This document shows positions 52,350 to 60,977 of a stretch of 64,000 nt of DNA, piece by piece (the stretch's first letter is position 1; every line of letters starts with the position of its first letter). The notes beneath the pieces are model-generated. The model searched no databases and had not been told where the DNA came from. It saw only the letters and a list, made by a program, of their open reading frames with translations. Origin of the DNA: Bacillota bacterium (GTDB lineage: Bacteria > Bacillota > Limnochordia > Darwinibacteriales > Darwinibacteriaceae); the NCBI GenBank assembly GCA_012837925.1, contig DUQE01000049.1:13997-77996 (forward strand), read 5' to 3'. The translations under genes were made by a program, and so were the position numbers.

Positions 52350-53399
52350 ATGTCCGTCGAAAGGAGCGTTCGCGTGAGTTCCCGAGAATTGCAGACCTTG
52401 ATTCACGACGCAGGGTTTGACGCCTTTGCCATCATGCCTGCCCAACCAACTGCGTCCATGCTTCCCATTCTCAGGGAAGCACAAGAAGAAGATCGCTACC
52501 CAGACTTTGTTGATACCGATATTGTCAAGCGGGTGGATCCGAGAAATCTGCAAGAAAGTGCCAAAAGCATACTTTCCTTAGCCATTTCGTATTATTCCGG
52601 AGATCCGAGCCCCACGCCCGTCCTCCACGGAACGATCTCGCGTTCTGCCTGGGGGCTTGATTATCACCGCGTTCTTGGCGAGCGTATGGACCAAGTCATC
52701 GACGGGTTGAAGCAATACCATGGTGCCAAAGAATGCACCAAAGCGGTTGATACAACCTTTCTCATCGATCGTGCTCTAGCGATAGAATCTGGTCTGGGCT
52801 ACCCGGGGAGCAATTGCTCGGTATACGTTCCGCCCTATGGGTCCTGGGTTTTCTTAGGCGAAATCCTGGTTGATGTGGATCTGCCCACGACGAACGCGAG
52901 GCCGTCGGAGAACTGGGCCTGCCCCATGGATTGTGATCGTTGCGTACAGGCTTGCCCTACAGGGGCACTTTTTGCACCAGGGAAAATTCGTCCGAAACGT
53001 TGCATTTCTTACCTCACACAAATGTCTGGACCCATTCCCTTAGATCTTCGGGAGAAAATCGGCAGCAAACTGTGGGGTTGTGACATCTGCCAGCAAGTGT
53101 GTCCCATCAATCGCCAGGCGAAGATCACATCCCACGAAGTGTTTCAGCCCACACGGGGTCCCCACATACCTCTGGTCCCACTCTTACGCTTGACAAAAAG
53201 AGAGTTCGTCGACATGTTTGGGCCCACCAGCATGGCCTGGCGTGGGAAAAACGTATTGCAGCGAAATGCCTGTGTTGTTCTAGGTAATCAAAGAAACCCA
53301 GAGGCTTTGCCTATCCTAGAAGAAACAGCCCGGGAACATCCAAGTACCGTCGTACAAGATGCTGCAACCTGGGCTGTAAAAAAGATCAAGTCATGTTAA
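52350..53399 (+). CDS. queG: Epoxyqueuosine reductase QueG
   Basis: Two 4Fe-4S ferredoxin motifs (CDRCVQACPTGAL; CDICQQVCPIN), HEAT-like C-terminus. A GTG about 8 codons in with GAAAGGAG RBS may be the true start. Confidence 0.85.
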   Translation: MSVERSVRVSSRELQTLIHDAGFDAFAIMPAQPTASMLPILREAQEEDRYPDFVDTDIVKRVDPRNLQESAKSILSLAISYYSGDPSPTPVLHGTISRSAWGLDYHRVLGERMDQVIDGLKQYHGAKECTKAVDTTFLIDRALAIESGLGYPGSNCSVYVPPYGSWVFLGEILVDVDLPTTNARPSENWACPMDCDRCVQACPTGALFAPGKIRPKRCISYLTQMSGPIPLDLREKIGSKLWGCDICQQVCPINRQAKITSHEVFQPTRGPHIPLVPLLRLTKREFVDMFGPTSMAWRGKNVLQRNACVVLGNQRNPEALPILEETAREHPSTVVQDAATWAVKKIKSC

Positions 53400-54732
53400 T
53401 CGTATTGTGCCTTGCGTTTTCTAGAGCTTTCTTGAGTCGTTCTCCATAAGGACCATTCACATGTGTTGTAGCCTCTAGTGCTTTTTCCAGGAACGTTACG
53501 GCCTCTTCCCCACCATAACGACTAATCGACACCGCCATCTGTGCCTTTTCCTCGTTTTCTTCAGGATAATGATCGAACATCTCCGTAAGCAAACTCCAGC
53601 GCCTCTTCGTGGGCGGCCCATGGGACAAGAAAAGAGCAAGATAGGGCAAGAGTGGCGAATCACGATTCGCTCGAACAAAACGGCGCATAGCTGGAAGGGC
53701 TTTCCCATCAAACGACTTGAGCAGACTCCAACACTCATAATACAAGGGATCGTCTGCATCAATACTCGCCAGAATCTCCAAAACAACGTCACTCACTTCA
53801 CTCAATCCCCACCGGTTGCAGTATACGAGCAATCGCATCAGAAACCCTTGGTTGAAGTCCTCGTTCACCAAACGTATCTCTAGGATCATGAGTATGAGAG
53901 CCATAGCCTGCTGATCGGGCTCTACATCAATATGCTCAAAACTGGAAAAGAAACTCTCAAAGAAGTAATCATACTCATCCTTCTCAAAGACCGTGTTGAG
54001 GTCCGTATATCCGGAGCCGCCCTGGCGAAAGTTGCGAAAAACACTAAGGTCTGATACGACATTCCCCTTAACCTTCTTGCGCTTTTGCCTCTCGGTGGCA
54101 ATGTCTTCAAGTGGGTAGTTGTAGTATGGAGTGACTCGGAAGTTGTTCACCAGGGTCTGCAGTCCCTGTAAGACCACTTGGATGCGGGGGGGACTGATCT
54201 TGAGCCACATGGGGCGCAGCCGTGCACCCCTAAGCATCCGAGCTCCTGCACGGCCCAAGATGAGGGTCAACTCTTCGTCCAGATTTGGACCTTCTGCCCG
54301 CAAGACTTGATGAGCCTGGCGTATGATGCTATCAAGATCTTCATTATCAGGAACATTGGAGCAATAATACTGCATCATCTGCTTGTAGACGGGCATGCGC
54401 AGGCGAATCTGCAAGCTGTTTTCGTGCATAAAGTGATCAACCACGTACTGAATGTCCAAGGGAAACTGGTACTTATTCAAATCCGCGATGAGCCCTTCTA
54501 CCAGTCGATCCAGTTCGGTATTGGTTCGTTGCAGTTCACGCTTACCCTTCAGCGCAGCACTCAGTAGCGCTACTACGGCTAGAAGTTCAAGTGAGGCGCT
54601 GTAAGCGGCCAGCATCAATTCTCTCTCGTAGAAAAACATACTCTCTTTGATTTCCAGGCAGGACGAAACAAACCCATCTACTGTGGTGATCTCCTGTATT
54701 TCTTCGACAAGCTCTTTATAGTCTCTCAACAA
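53386..54732 (-). CDS. Hypothetical alpha-helical protein (~448 aa), translationally coupled to rnhA
   Basis: No catalytic motifs recognised. Predicted mostly helical. TTG start immediately after the rnhA TAG, with GGAGAGGTAGGGGTG purine-rich RBS overlapping the rnhA stop. Confidence 0.5.
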   Translation of the reverse strand: MLRDYKELVEEIQEITTVDGFVSSCLEIKESMFFYERELMLAAYSASLELLAVVALLSAALKGKRELQRTNTELDRLVEGLIADLNKYQFPLDIQYVVDHFMHENSLQIRLRMPVYKQMMQYYCSNVPDNEDLDSIIRQAHQVLRAEGPNLDEELTLILGRAGARMLRGARLRPMWLKISPPRIQVVLQGLQTLVNNFRVTPYYNYPLEDIATERQKRKKVKGNVVSDLSVFRNFRQGGSGYTDLNTVFEKDEYDYFFESFFSSFEHIDVEPDQQAMALILMILEIRLVNEDFNQGFLMRLLVYCNRWGLSEVSDVVLEILASIDADDPLYYECWSLLKSFDGKALPAMRRFVRANRDSPLLPYLALFLSHGPPTKRRWSLLTEMFDHYPEENEEKAQMAVSISRYGGEEAVTFLEKALEATTHVNGPYGERLKKALENARHNTINMT

Positions 54733-54742
54733 TGCGGCACCC

Positions 54743-55192
54743 CTACCTCTCCGCTTCAATGGCGCCACGTGCTAACGCGTCGCAACGATTGTTAAAGGTA
54801 TTATCACTGTGACCCTTCACTTTAATCCACTCGATATCATGGTGATGGCTCAAAGTGATGAGCTGACGCCATAAATCTGCATTACTGACGGGCTGTTTCT
54901 TGGCGTTGAGCCAGCCGTTTTTTTGCCAATTCTCAATCCATCCTTGTGTAAAAGCATTAATCAAGTACGCACTATCAGAATATAGCTTCACCCTACATGG
55001 CTTTTTCAGACCCTCGAGTCCCTTGATCGCTGCCAGAAGCTCCATGCGTTGGTTGGTGGTTTCGGCCGCAAATCCCGATAGTTCCTTCTGATGAGGCCCG
55101 TGAATAAGTATGGTTCCCCAACCTCCCGGTCCTGGATTACCGCTACATGCCCCGTCTGTGTATATTTCTACTTGTGGTTTCAGGTCGGTCAT
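54743..55192 (-). CDS. rnhA: Ribonuclease HI
   Basis: IYTDGACSGNPGPGGWG...ELLAAIKGL...VKGHSD, RNase H catalytic DEDD residues. Confidence 0.9.
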   Translation of the reverse strand: MTDLKPQVEIYTDGACSGNPGPGGWGTILIHGPHQKELSGFAAETTNQRMELLAAIKGLEGLKKPCRVKLYSDSAYLINAFTQGWIENWQKNGWLNAKKQPVSNADLWRQLITLSHHHDIEWIKVKGHSDNTFNNRCDALARGAIEAER

Positions 55193-55232
55193 CCTCCTTC
55201 ACGCTCGAAACTCGCTTGACACCCGTCTCTAC

Positions 55233-55261
55233 TGGCAAACTCGGATCGAAAGTGTTACAAT
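55233..55261 (+). promoter_or_regulatory. Candidate promoter (extended -10) for the zinc-ribbon membrane protein gene
   Basis: TGGCAA, 17 nt, TGtTACAAT. Confidence 0.35.
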
Positions 55262-55308
55262 ATCAATAATACCATACTATACGTTTTTTTGTATTTGGAG
55301 AGAGAACA

Positions 55309-56067
55309 ATGACGGGAAATACCGAAAAAATCACAAAGGGCGAGGACTATCTCGGACGCAGCTGCGTTGTATGTAAAAGGGAGTTTCAAGCCGAAGACGA
55401 AGTGGTAGCTTGTCCTCGATGCCATAGCGTGCATCACGCCGAGTGCTGGAAAGAGAAAGGCGGATGCGGCAAGACAGGCTGTCCCCAAGTCGCACAAACG
55501 ATCAGAGGTGAACGGCCCCAAGGCGACGGCCCACCCCCGCCTGTATCGAAGAAGGTGATCGCTGGCGGCATCCTGGCCTCCGTGGTTGTGATCCTCTTGA
55601 TGGTCTTCTGGCCCAAACCACCCGATCCTGCCATGGGGCGCACTAAGATTGTCTTTCTGGGTCCAGCGTACCAGGAGCTTTCGGACGTTGTGACCGAACT
55701 CGTCGAAGGATATAATGCTACAAGCGAAGATGTCTACATTGACTTGCAGCTTCTTCCTCCCCAAGGAATGGACACAAAACTCGTTGTTCTTATTGCTGCC
55801 AATCAAGCGCCTGATGTTCTTGCTATCGATGATGATCGTTTCGCGCAGTTTTCTTCTGAGGGAGCCCTGTTGCCTGTGGGTGTGAACGATGAAGGTGAGC
55901 CCATTTACGGCATTCAACATCCAGCCCAGTTGACCCAGTTAGTCGTGTGGGGGGGCACAGAAAATCCCGCGGAGTCCTTAGAAGTATTGCACTTTCTTGC
56001 CAAGAACATTCCACCCGCTGATTTGGACCTGCTGAGGGAGTCGCAGACTAGCACATTTCCTTTCTAA
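55309..56067 (+). CDS. Zinc-ribbon / single-TM / solute-binding-protein-like ectodomain protein (hypothetical)
   Basis: N-terminal CxxC...CxxC-H-xx-H...C...C cluster (CVVCKREF...CPRCHSVHHAECW...CGKTGC), a Pro-rich linker, TM helix (VIAGGILASVVVILLMVFW), then ~150 aa resembling the N- and C-terminal segments of a family-1 SBP. Confidence 0.5.
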   Translation: MTGNTEKITKGEDYLGRSCVVCKREFQAEDEVVACPRCHSVHHAECWKEKGGCGKTGCPQVAQTIRGERPQGDGPPPPVSKKVIAGGILASVVVILLMVFWPKPPDPAMGRTKIVFLGPAYQELSDVVTELVEGYNATSEDVYIDLQLLPPQGMDTKLVVLIAANQAPDVLAIDDDRFAQFSSEGALLPVGVNDEGEPIYGIQHPAQLTQLVVWGGTENPAESLEVLHFLAKNIPPADLDLLRESQTSTFPF

Positions 56068-56070
56068 TTC

Positions 56071-56098
56071 AAAAAGGGCCCGAGGGCCCTTTTGTTTG
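56071..56098. terminator. Bidirectional rho-independent terminator
   Basis: AAAAAGGGCC-cgag-GGCCCTTTTTGTTTG, a palindromic GC stem flanked by A-run and T-run. Serves convergent genes on both strands. Confidence 0.6.
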
Positions 56099-56105
56099 TC
56101 TTGAC

Positions 56106-56678
56106 CTAAAATCCAACCTGTGGCACTTCTTGAGCACTCGAAGATGCTTCAAAGAAGGGTTTGGGCTGTCGGCCCATAATGCCTGCTAACAAGTTGGTGG
56201 GGAACTGACGAATCGTAGTATTCCAGGTTTGAACCGACTCGTTGAAGCGCATCCGTTCGGTAGCGATGCGATTCTCCGTACCGGCCAGTTCGTCTTGGAG
56301 CCGGATGAAACTCGTATCAGCCTTGAGTTGAGGATAGGCTTCACTGATAGCCAACAGGCGTCCAAGTGCTGAGTCTAAGCCCCTGTTTGCTTCCATCTGG
56401 GCCTCCGGAGTCGTGGCTCCCAGGAGACGAGATCGGGCATCTGCCACATCAGCAAAAACTTGCTCTTCGTGACTTGCATACCCTTTAACCGTATTCACCA
56501 AGTTAGGGATCAAGTCAGCTCTTCTCTGGAGCTGATTCTCCACCTGGGCCCAGCGACCGTCAACGGTCTCTTCAAGCGCAACGAGCTGATTGTAACGACC
56601 AACAACTCCTGATCCTAAAGCGATTACAACTACCAGAATAACAATGAGAACTATGGTACCTTTTTTCATCCACTTCAC
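56106..56678 (-). CDS. lemA: LemA family membrane protein
   Basis: N-terminal TM plus LemA helical domain. Partnered with the TPM gene. Confidence 0.85.
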   Translation of the reverse strand: MKWMKKGTIVLIVILVVVIALGSGVVGRYNQLVALEETVDGRWAQVENQLQRRADLIPNLVNTVKGYASHEEQVFADVADARSRLLGATTPEAQMEANRGLDSALGRLLAISEAYPQLKADTSFIRLQDELAGTENRIATERMRFNESVQTWNTTIRQFPTNLLAGIMGRQPKPFFEASSSAQEVPQVGF

Positions 56679-56701
56679 TCTCCCTCTTCATGATTTCTCG
56701 A

Positions 56702-57466
56702 TTAGAATCGTCTTCCTGCTCCGCCGCCTCCACTGCGTCCTCCACCAAAGCCGCCGGAAGGTCGTGAGCCACCACCAAAGCTTCCGCCTCCAAATCCACC
56801 GCCTCGAGGCATTCGTGGCACGATTACGGTTCTACCTGAACCTCCCCCACCGCCAAAGCCTCCGCTTCCGCCCGGTGGGTAACGTCTTCCACGGCGCATA
56901 AGCATGAGTATCAATACAAAAATGACAAACGAAACAAACCACCCAGAACTGCCCTCTCGTTCCTCAACAATCTCAAACTCTTCACCAGCCAGGATATTCG
57001 CATAGGCTAGAGCCATAGCCGAAAGCCCTGCGCCATAATCCTTTTTCTTAAAGTGGGGAATTCCTTCTTGATCAATGACGGCACCGACGAGTCCATCCGG
57101 CAATACACCTTCCAGACCGTATCCTGGTTCCACTTCGATGGCTCCTTCAGCCACCGCCAACAGCATCAAAAGACCGCTATCATCGGGCCCACCTACACCC
57201 CACTCGTTGAAGAGCGCTGTGGTGTACTCCTTAGGATCCATAGGCGCCGTTGTGGATATGGTGACGACCGCCAGACCAATACCCTGTTCACTCCATAACT
57301 TCTCTCCAAGGAGCTGCATTTCGGCCTTGCTTTTTTGGTCCAAAACATTGGCAAAGTCATTTACAAAACCCTGTTTATCGGGAAAAGCCGCCATGACAAC
57401 ATTACTCATAACAACAACTAAGACAAGAACAATACTAGTTCGAATAATCTTCTTATGCATTCGCAT
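56702..57466 (-). CDS. TPM-domain protein with C-terminal TM and Gly-rich tail
   Basis: Signal/TM, TPM (YgcG-like) domain, TM, then GGFGGG low-complexity tail. Confidence 0.8.
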   Translation of the reverse strand: MRMHKKIIRTSIVLVLVVVMSNVVMAAFPDKQGFVNDFANVLDQKSKAEMQLLGEKLWSEQGIGLAVVTISTTAPMDPKEYTTALFNEWGVGGPDDSGLLMLLAVAEGAIEVEPGYGLEGVLPDGLVGAVIDQEGIPHFKKKDYGAGLSAMALAYANILAGEEFEIVEEREGSSGWFVSFVIFVLILMLMRRGRRYPPGGSGGFGGGGGSGRTVIVPRMPRGGGFGGGSFGGGSRPSGGFGGGRSGGGGAGRRF

Positions 57467-57481
57467 CGCACTTCACCTCTC

Positions 57482-58030
57482 TCAACGCAACGTTTCACCA
57501 TGGCGCCCAATGAGTTCTCCAAGGCCATAGTAGTTGCCAAAACCATAGACCATAGGATCGGCTGACATCAGGTCAAAACGACCGTTTACGGTAAACTCTT
57601 CACTATAATGGACCCAGACCACTTCTCCCAAGAACAAATCATGACTTCCCAGAGGAATCACCTTAATTACACGACACTCAACGTTTACTGGACACTCAGC
57701 GATTAAGGGGGCTCGCATTAGGGTAGCTGGTAGTGCCGTAAACCCACATTCCGCGAACTTATCATAGTCACGACCACTGATTGTTCCACACCGATCGACC
57801 AGTTCAATCTGACTAGACATGGGCATGTTTACGACGAAACCACCCGATTCTTTGATTATACCATAGGAGTGACGTTCCGGACGAATTCCCAAACTGATTA
57901 CTGCTGGATCGGAGCATGCAACTCCGGCCCATGCTAGGGTAATGATGTTAGCGGGGCCTGTACTTTGGCAACTCACTAAGACAGGTGGTACAGGATACAA
58001 CCATGTTCCAGGCTGGCGCGTAATCTTCAT
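57482..58030 (-). CDS. Flavin reductase-like (FMN-binding split barrel) protein
   Basis: Flavin_Reduct family pattern (NIITLAWAGVACSDPAVISLGIRPERHSYGIIKESGGFVVNMP). Confidence 0.8.
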   Translation of the reverse strand: MKITRQPGTWLYPVPPVLVSCQSTGPANIITLAWAGVACSDPAVISLGIRPERHSYGIIKESGGFVVNMPMSSQIELVDRCGTISGRDYDKFAECGFTALPATLMRAPLIAECPVNVECRVIKVIPLGSHDLFLGEVVWVHYSEEFTVNGRFDLMSADPMVYGFGNYYGLGELIGRHGETLR

Positions 58031-58033
58031 GGA

Positions 58034-58678
58034 CTATTCACTCCCCTCAATTGGTATCGCCCTATAGACTTCTTCTCCTGCATTCCAGGTAAAGTCATTG
58101 GCAGTTAACTCCTGAACGGTCTGACGTAAAAGTTCCAGCTCATGAGGGAAACACAAAACATGAAAGGTAACGTGCTCTAAGTATTCTGTATCCTCAACAA
58201 AAACACCTTGCGTAAGCAACGTATTTTGAATCTTTCCTACATGAACATAATCCACCGTGAAAGCAACCTTCTGCGATGGCACCATGCGCACGATCCCCGC
58301 CGCCTGCAATGCTTCGCGCACCGCTCCACCGTAGGCGCGAATTAAGCCGCCGCGTCCCAAAAGAGTACCTCCAAAGTACCTCGTGACTACTACGACACAG
58401 TTTACGACCTCGTGGTTCTTGAGAACCTCCAGCATAGGAAGGCCCGCAGTACCACTCGGCTCGTTATCATCACTATATTTCTGCACCTCTTGATTCATAC
58501 CTAGGATGTAGGCAGGGACGTTATGGGTGGCGTTCCAGTGTTCCTTGCGCACCCCTTCGATAAAGGCTTCGGCTTCGTCCTGGGTGTGCACAGGTTTGAT
58601 GCGAGCTATGAACTTGGACTTTTTCTCAACCAGCGTTATCTCCGCTTCTTTGGCGACTGTCCGATACTCAACAAGCAT
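58034..58678 (-). CDS. yigZ: YigZ/IMPACT family protein
   Basis: UPF0029 N-domain motifs (KKSKFIARI...DDNEPSGTAG...VVVTRYFGGTLLGRGGL). Confidence 0.85.
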   Translation of the reverse strand: MLVEYRTVAKEAEITLVEKKSKFIARIKPVHTQDEAEAFIEGVRKEHWNATHNVPAYILGMNQEVQKYSDDNEPSGTAGLPMLEVLKNHEVVNCVVVVTRYFGGTLLGRGGLIRAYGGAVREALQAAGIVRMVPSQKVAFTVDYVHVGKIQNTLLTQGVFVEDTEYLEHVTFHVLCFPHELELLRQTVQELTANDFTWNAGEEVYRAIPIEGSE

Positions 58679-58710
58679 TCTACCACCTCGAGATAGTGTT
58701 CAACATCATT

Positions 58711-58739
58711 TTGCATCTTCCTTCCCTTTCTGCTATTCT
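58711..58739 (+). promoter_or_regulatory. Candidate sigma-A promoter for tex
   Basis: TTGCAT, 17 nt, TATTCT. Confidence 0.4.
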
Positions 58740-58760
58740 AATCTAGTGAGGAGGATGTGC

Positions 58761-60917
58761 ATGGATATCATTAAACAACTGGCCACAGAACTAGGAATCA
58801 GACCGCATCAGGTTGAGCAAACCGCCGCGCTCCTAGATGATGGAAACACGATTCCCTTTATCGCCCGCTATCGCAAAGAGGCCACGGGAGAACTTGACGA
58901 GACTGTCATTCGGGATTTGTCAGAACGCCTTACATACCTGCGAAACCTCGAAGATCGAAAGGCTGAGATCACACGACTGATTGACGCTCAGGAAAAACTC
59001 ACGCCCGAACTCTCAGACTCCATTGTGAAGGCAACTACACTACAAGAACTGGAAGATCTATATCGTCCTTTCCGGCCAAAACGTAGAACCAGGGCATCCA
59101 TCGCCAAAGAAAAGGGTCTCGAACCCTTGGCACTTATGCTCTTAGAACAGGGTCCAGAGCAACCTGAGGAACTGGCTCAAGCCTTTTTGACCGACGAGGT
59201 GGCAACAGTAGAAGAGGCCCTTCAAGGAGCGCAGGATATACTTGCTGAGCAAATTACCGACGATCCGGCCAACCGTGCACTGATCCGCAAGTTCACCTTT
59301 GACACAGGCCTCTTGATGAGCGAAAAAGCAAACAGTGAAGACGAAGCGCAAAGCGCTGAGTTTCAAATGTATTTCGATTACTTTGAGGATGTGGCAAAAA
59401 TACCCCCACATCGCATACTCGCCCTAAACCGTGGTGAACGCTTGAACGCGCTGAAAGTAAGAGTTCAAGTGGATATCGACAAAGTCTATGCTCTGTTGAG
59501 CAAAGAGATAATTACCAACCCAGCGTCCCCCGCGACCCCTTACCTAGTGGCAGCCATTGAAGATGGCTACGCACGCCTCTTAGCCCCAAGCCTCGAGCGG
59601 GACATTCGAGGAGCTCTGACAGAAAAGGCCGAAGAACACGCGATTCAGATCTTTGCTAAGAACTTAGGCGATCTGTTGATGCAAAGTCCGGTAAGGGGCA
59701 AGAGGGTCTTAGGGATTGATCCTGCCTTTCGGACTGGGTGCAAAGTAGTGGCGCTGAGTGAGTTTGGCGATCTCCTGGAGTACACGACGATCTATCCCCA
59801 TGAGCCTCAACGCAGATGGGATCAGGCTCTAGAGATTTTGAGCGCTCTTGTCTCCAAGCATGACCTTGCCCTCGTAACCATTGGGAATGGGACGGCGAGT
59901 CGAGAAACCGAACAACTTGTAGCCGAACTGATCAAAAAGTACAATCCCAAACTTCAGTACCTGGTAGTCAACGAGGCTGGAGCCTCTGTTTACTCCGCAT
60001 CAAAGCTTGCGAAAGAAGAATTTCCTGACTTAGACGTGTCGATAAGGGGAGCGGTCTCCATTGCGCGTCGGGTACAAGATCCCCTGGCGGAGCTGGTAAA
60101 AATTGATCCTAAATCCATTGGAGTGGGGCAGTACCAGCATGACGTGAACCAAAAGGCACTGGCCACTACATTGGAGCATGTAGTAGAGAGCTGCGTGAAC
60201 CATGTTGGCGTCGAGCTCAATACAGCTTCGAGTGCTCTTCTAAGACATGTCTCAGGCCTTTCGGCGAAGGTGGCCGATAACGTTGTGGATTATCGGGCGA
60301 CAAACGGGATCTTTAAGAGGCGCTCTGAGTTAAAGAAGGTCAAGGGTCTTGGTCCCAAGGCCTTTGAGCAGGCCGCGGGCTTTCTGCGTATTGCAGACGG
60401 GTCGCAGCCCCTGGATAACACAGCTGTTCATCCAGAATCCTATCCCTTGGCCGTCCAAATCCTCGAGCAAATCGGTTACAAAGAGAAGGATCTGCAAAAC
60501 CGCGAGACACTAGCCATCATTCGCGAAAGACTAAAAACTCTCGATGCCAAAGAAGTGGCAGAAAGTCTCGAGGCAGGTGAACCTACCGTTCGTGATATCA
60601 TTGGAGCGCTCAGCCAACCAGGGCGAGATCCACGAGATGAGCTGCCCCCACCGCTCTTCAGAGCCGACGTGCTAAGCATGGAGGACCTGCGACCTGGAAT
60701 GGTCTTGCAGGGGACAGTGCAGAATGTCGTAGATTTTGGAGCCTTCGTTGATATAGGAGTCAAGAAGGCTGGTTTGGTCCACATTTCAGAGCTCAGTGAC
60801 AGCTACGTCAGGCATCCCACTGATTGTGTACAAGTCGGTGATATCGTCTCCGTACGTATTCTCGGCGTAGAACCACAACTAGGAAGAATTAGTCTGTCCA
60901 TGAAAAGCGAGCGTTAA
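58761..60917 (+). CDS. tex: Transcription accessory protein Tex (S1 RNA-binding)
   Basis: Tex N-terminal HTH, YqgF-like and HhH domains, C-terminal S1 domain (GMVLQGTVQNVVDFGAFVDIG). ATG 58761 with GAGGAGGA RBS. The ORF-track start is over-extended. Confidence 0.9.
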   Translation: MDIIKQLATELGIRPHQVEQTAALLDDGNTIPFIARYRKEATGELDETVIRDLSERLTYLRNLEDRKAEITRLIDAQEKLTPELSDSIVKATTLQELEDLYRPFRPKRRTRASIAKEKGLEPLALMLLEQGPEQPEELAQAFLTDEVATVEEALQGAQDILAEQITDDPANRALIRKFTFDTGLLMSEKANSEDEAQSAEFQMYFDYFEDVAKIPPHRILALNRGERLNALKVRVQVDIDKVYALLSKEIITNPASPATPYLVAAIEDGYARLLAPSLERDIRGALTEKAEEHAIQIFAKNLGDLLMQSPVRGKRVLGIDPAFRTGCKVVALSEFGDLLEYTTIYPHEPQRRWDQALEILSALVSKHDLALVTIGNGTASRETEQLVAELIKKYNPKLQYLVVNEAGASVYSASKLAKEEFPDLDVSIRGAVSIARRVQDPLAELVKIDPKSIGVGQYQHDVNQKALATTLEHVVESCVNHVGVELNTASSALLRHVSGLSAKVADNVVDYRATNGIFKRRSELKKVKGLGPKAFEQAAGFLRIADGSQPLDNTAVHPESYPLAVQILEQIGYKEKDLQNRETLAIIRERLKTLDAKEVAESLEAGEPTVRDIIGALSQPGRDPRDELPPPLFRADVLSMEDLRPGMVLQGTVQNVVDFGAFVDIGVKKAGLVHISELSDSYVRHPTDCVQVGDIVSVRILGVEPQLGRISLSMKSER

Positions 60918-60920
60918 AAC

Positions 60921-60967
60921 AAAGAGGCTGCTCCAGAACACCATCGTTCTGAAGCAGCCTTTTTTTG
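60921..60967. terminator. Bidirectional rho-independent terminator between tex and nfnB
   Basis: AGGCTGCTcCAGAA...TTCTGaAGCAGCCT followed by TTTTTTT; an A-run on the other side. Confidence 0.6.
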
Positions 60968-60977
60968 ATCAGTCTTC

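Noticed and set aside
52350-52400. Possible frameshift at the queG start
   Set aside because: My manual read placed the ATG one nucleotide off the ORF-track coordinate, and one codon nearby does not match the displayed bases. I attribute this to my own mis-indexing of the text rather than a real frameshift, and I used the ORF-track frame. Only re-examination of the raw sequence could settle it.
56702-56900. Short tandem-looking repeats (GGN-rich) that could be mistaken for a repeat array
   Set aside because: They are in-frame Gly codon repeats encoding the low-complexity GGFGGG tail of the TPM-domain protein, not CRISPR or other non-coding repeats. No CRISPR-like repeat-spacer structure was seen anywhere in the window.
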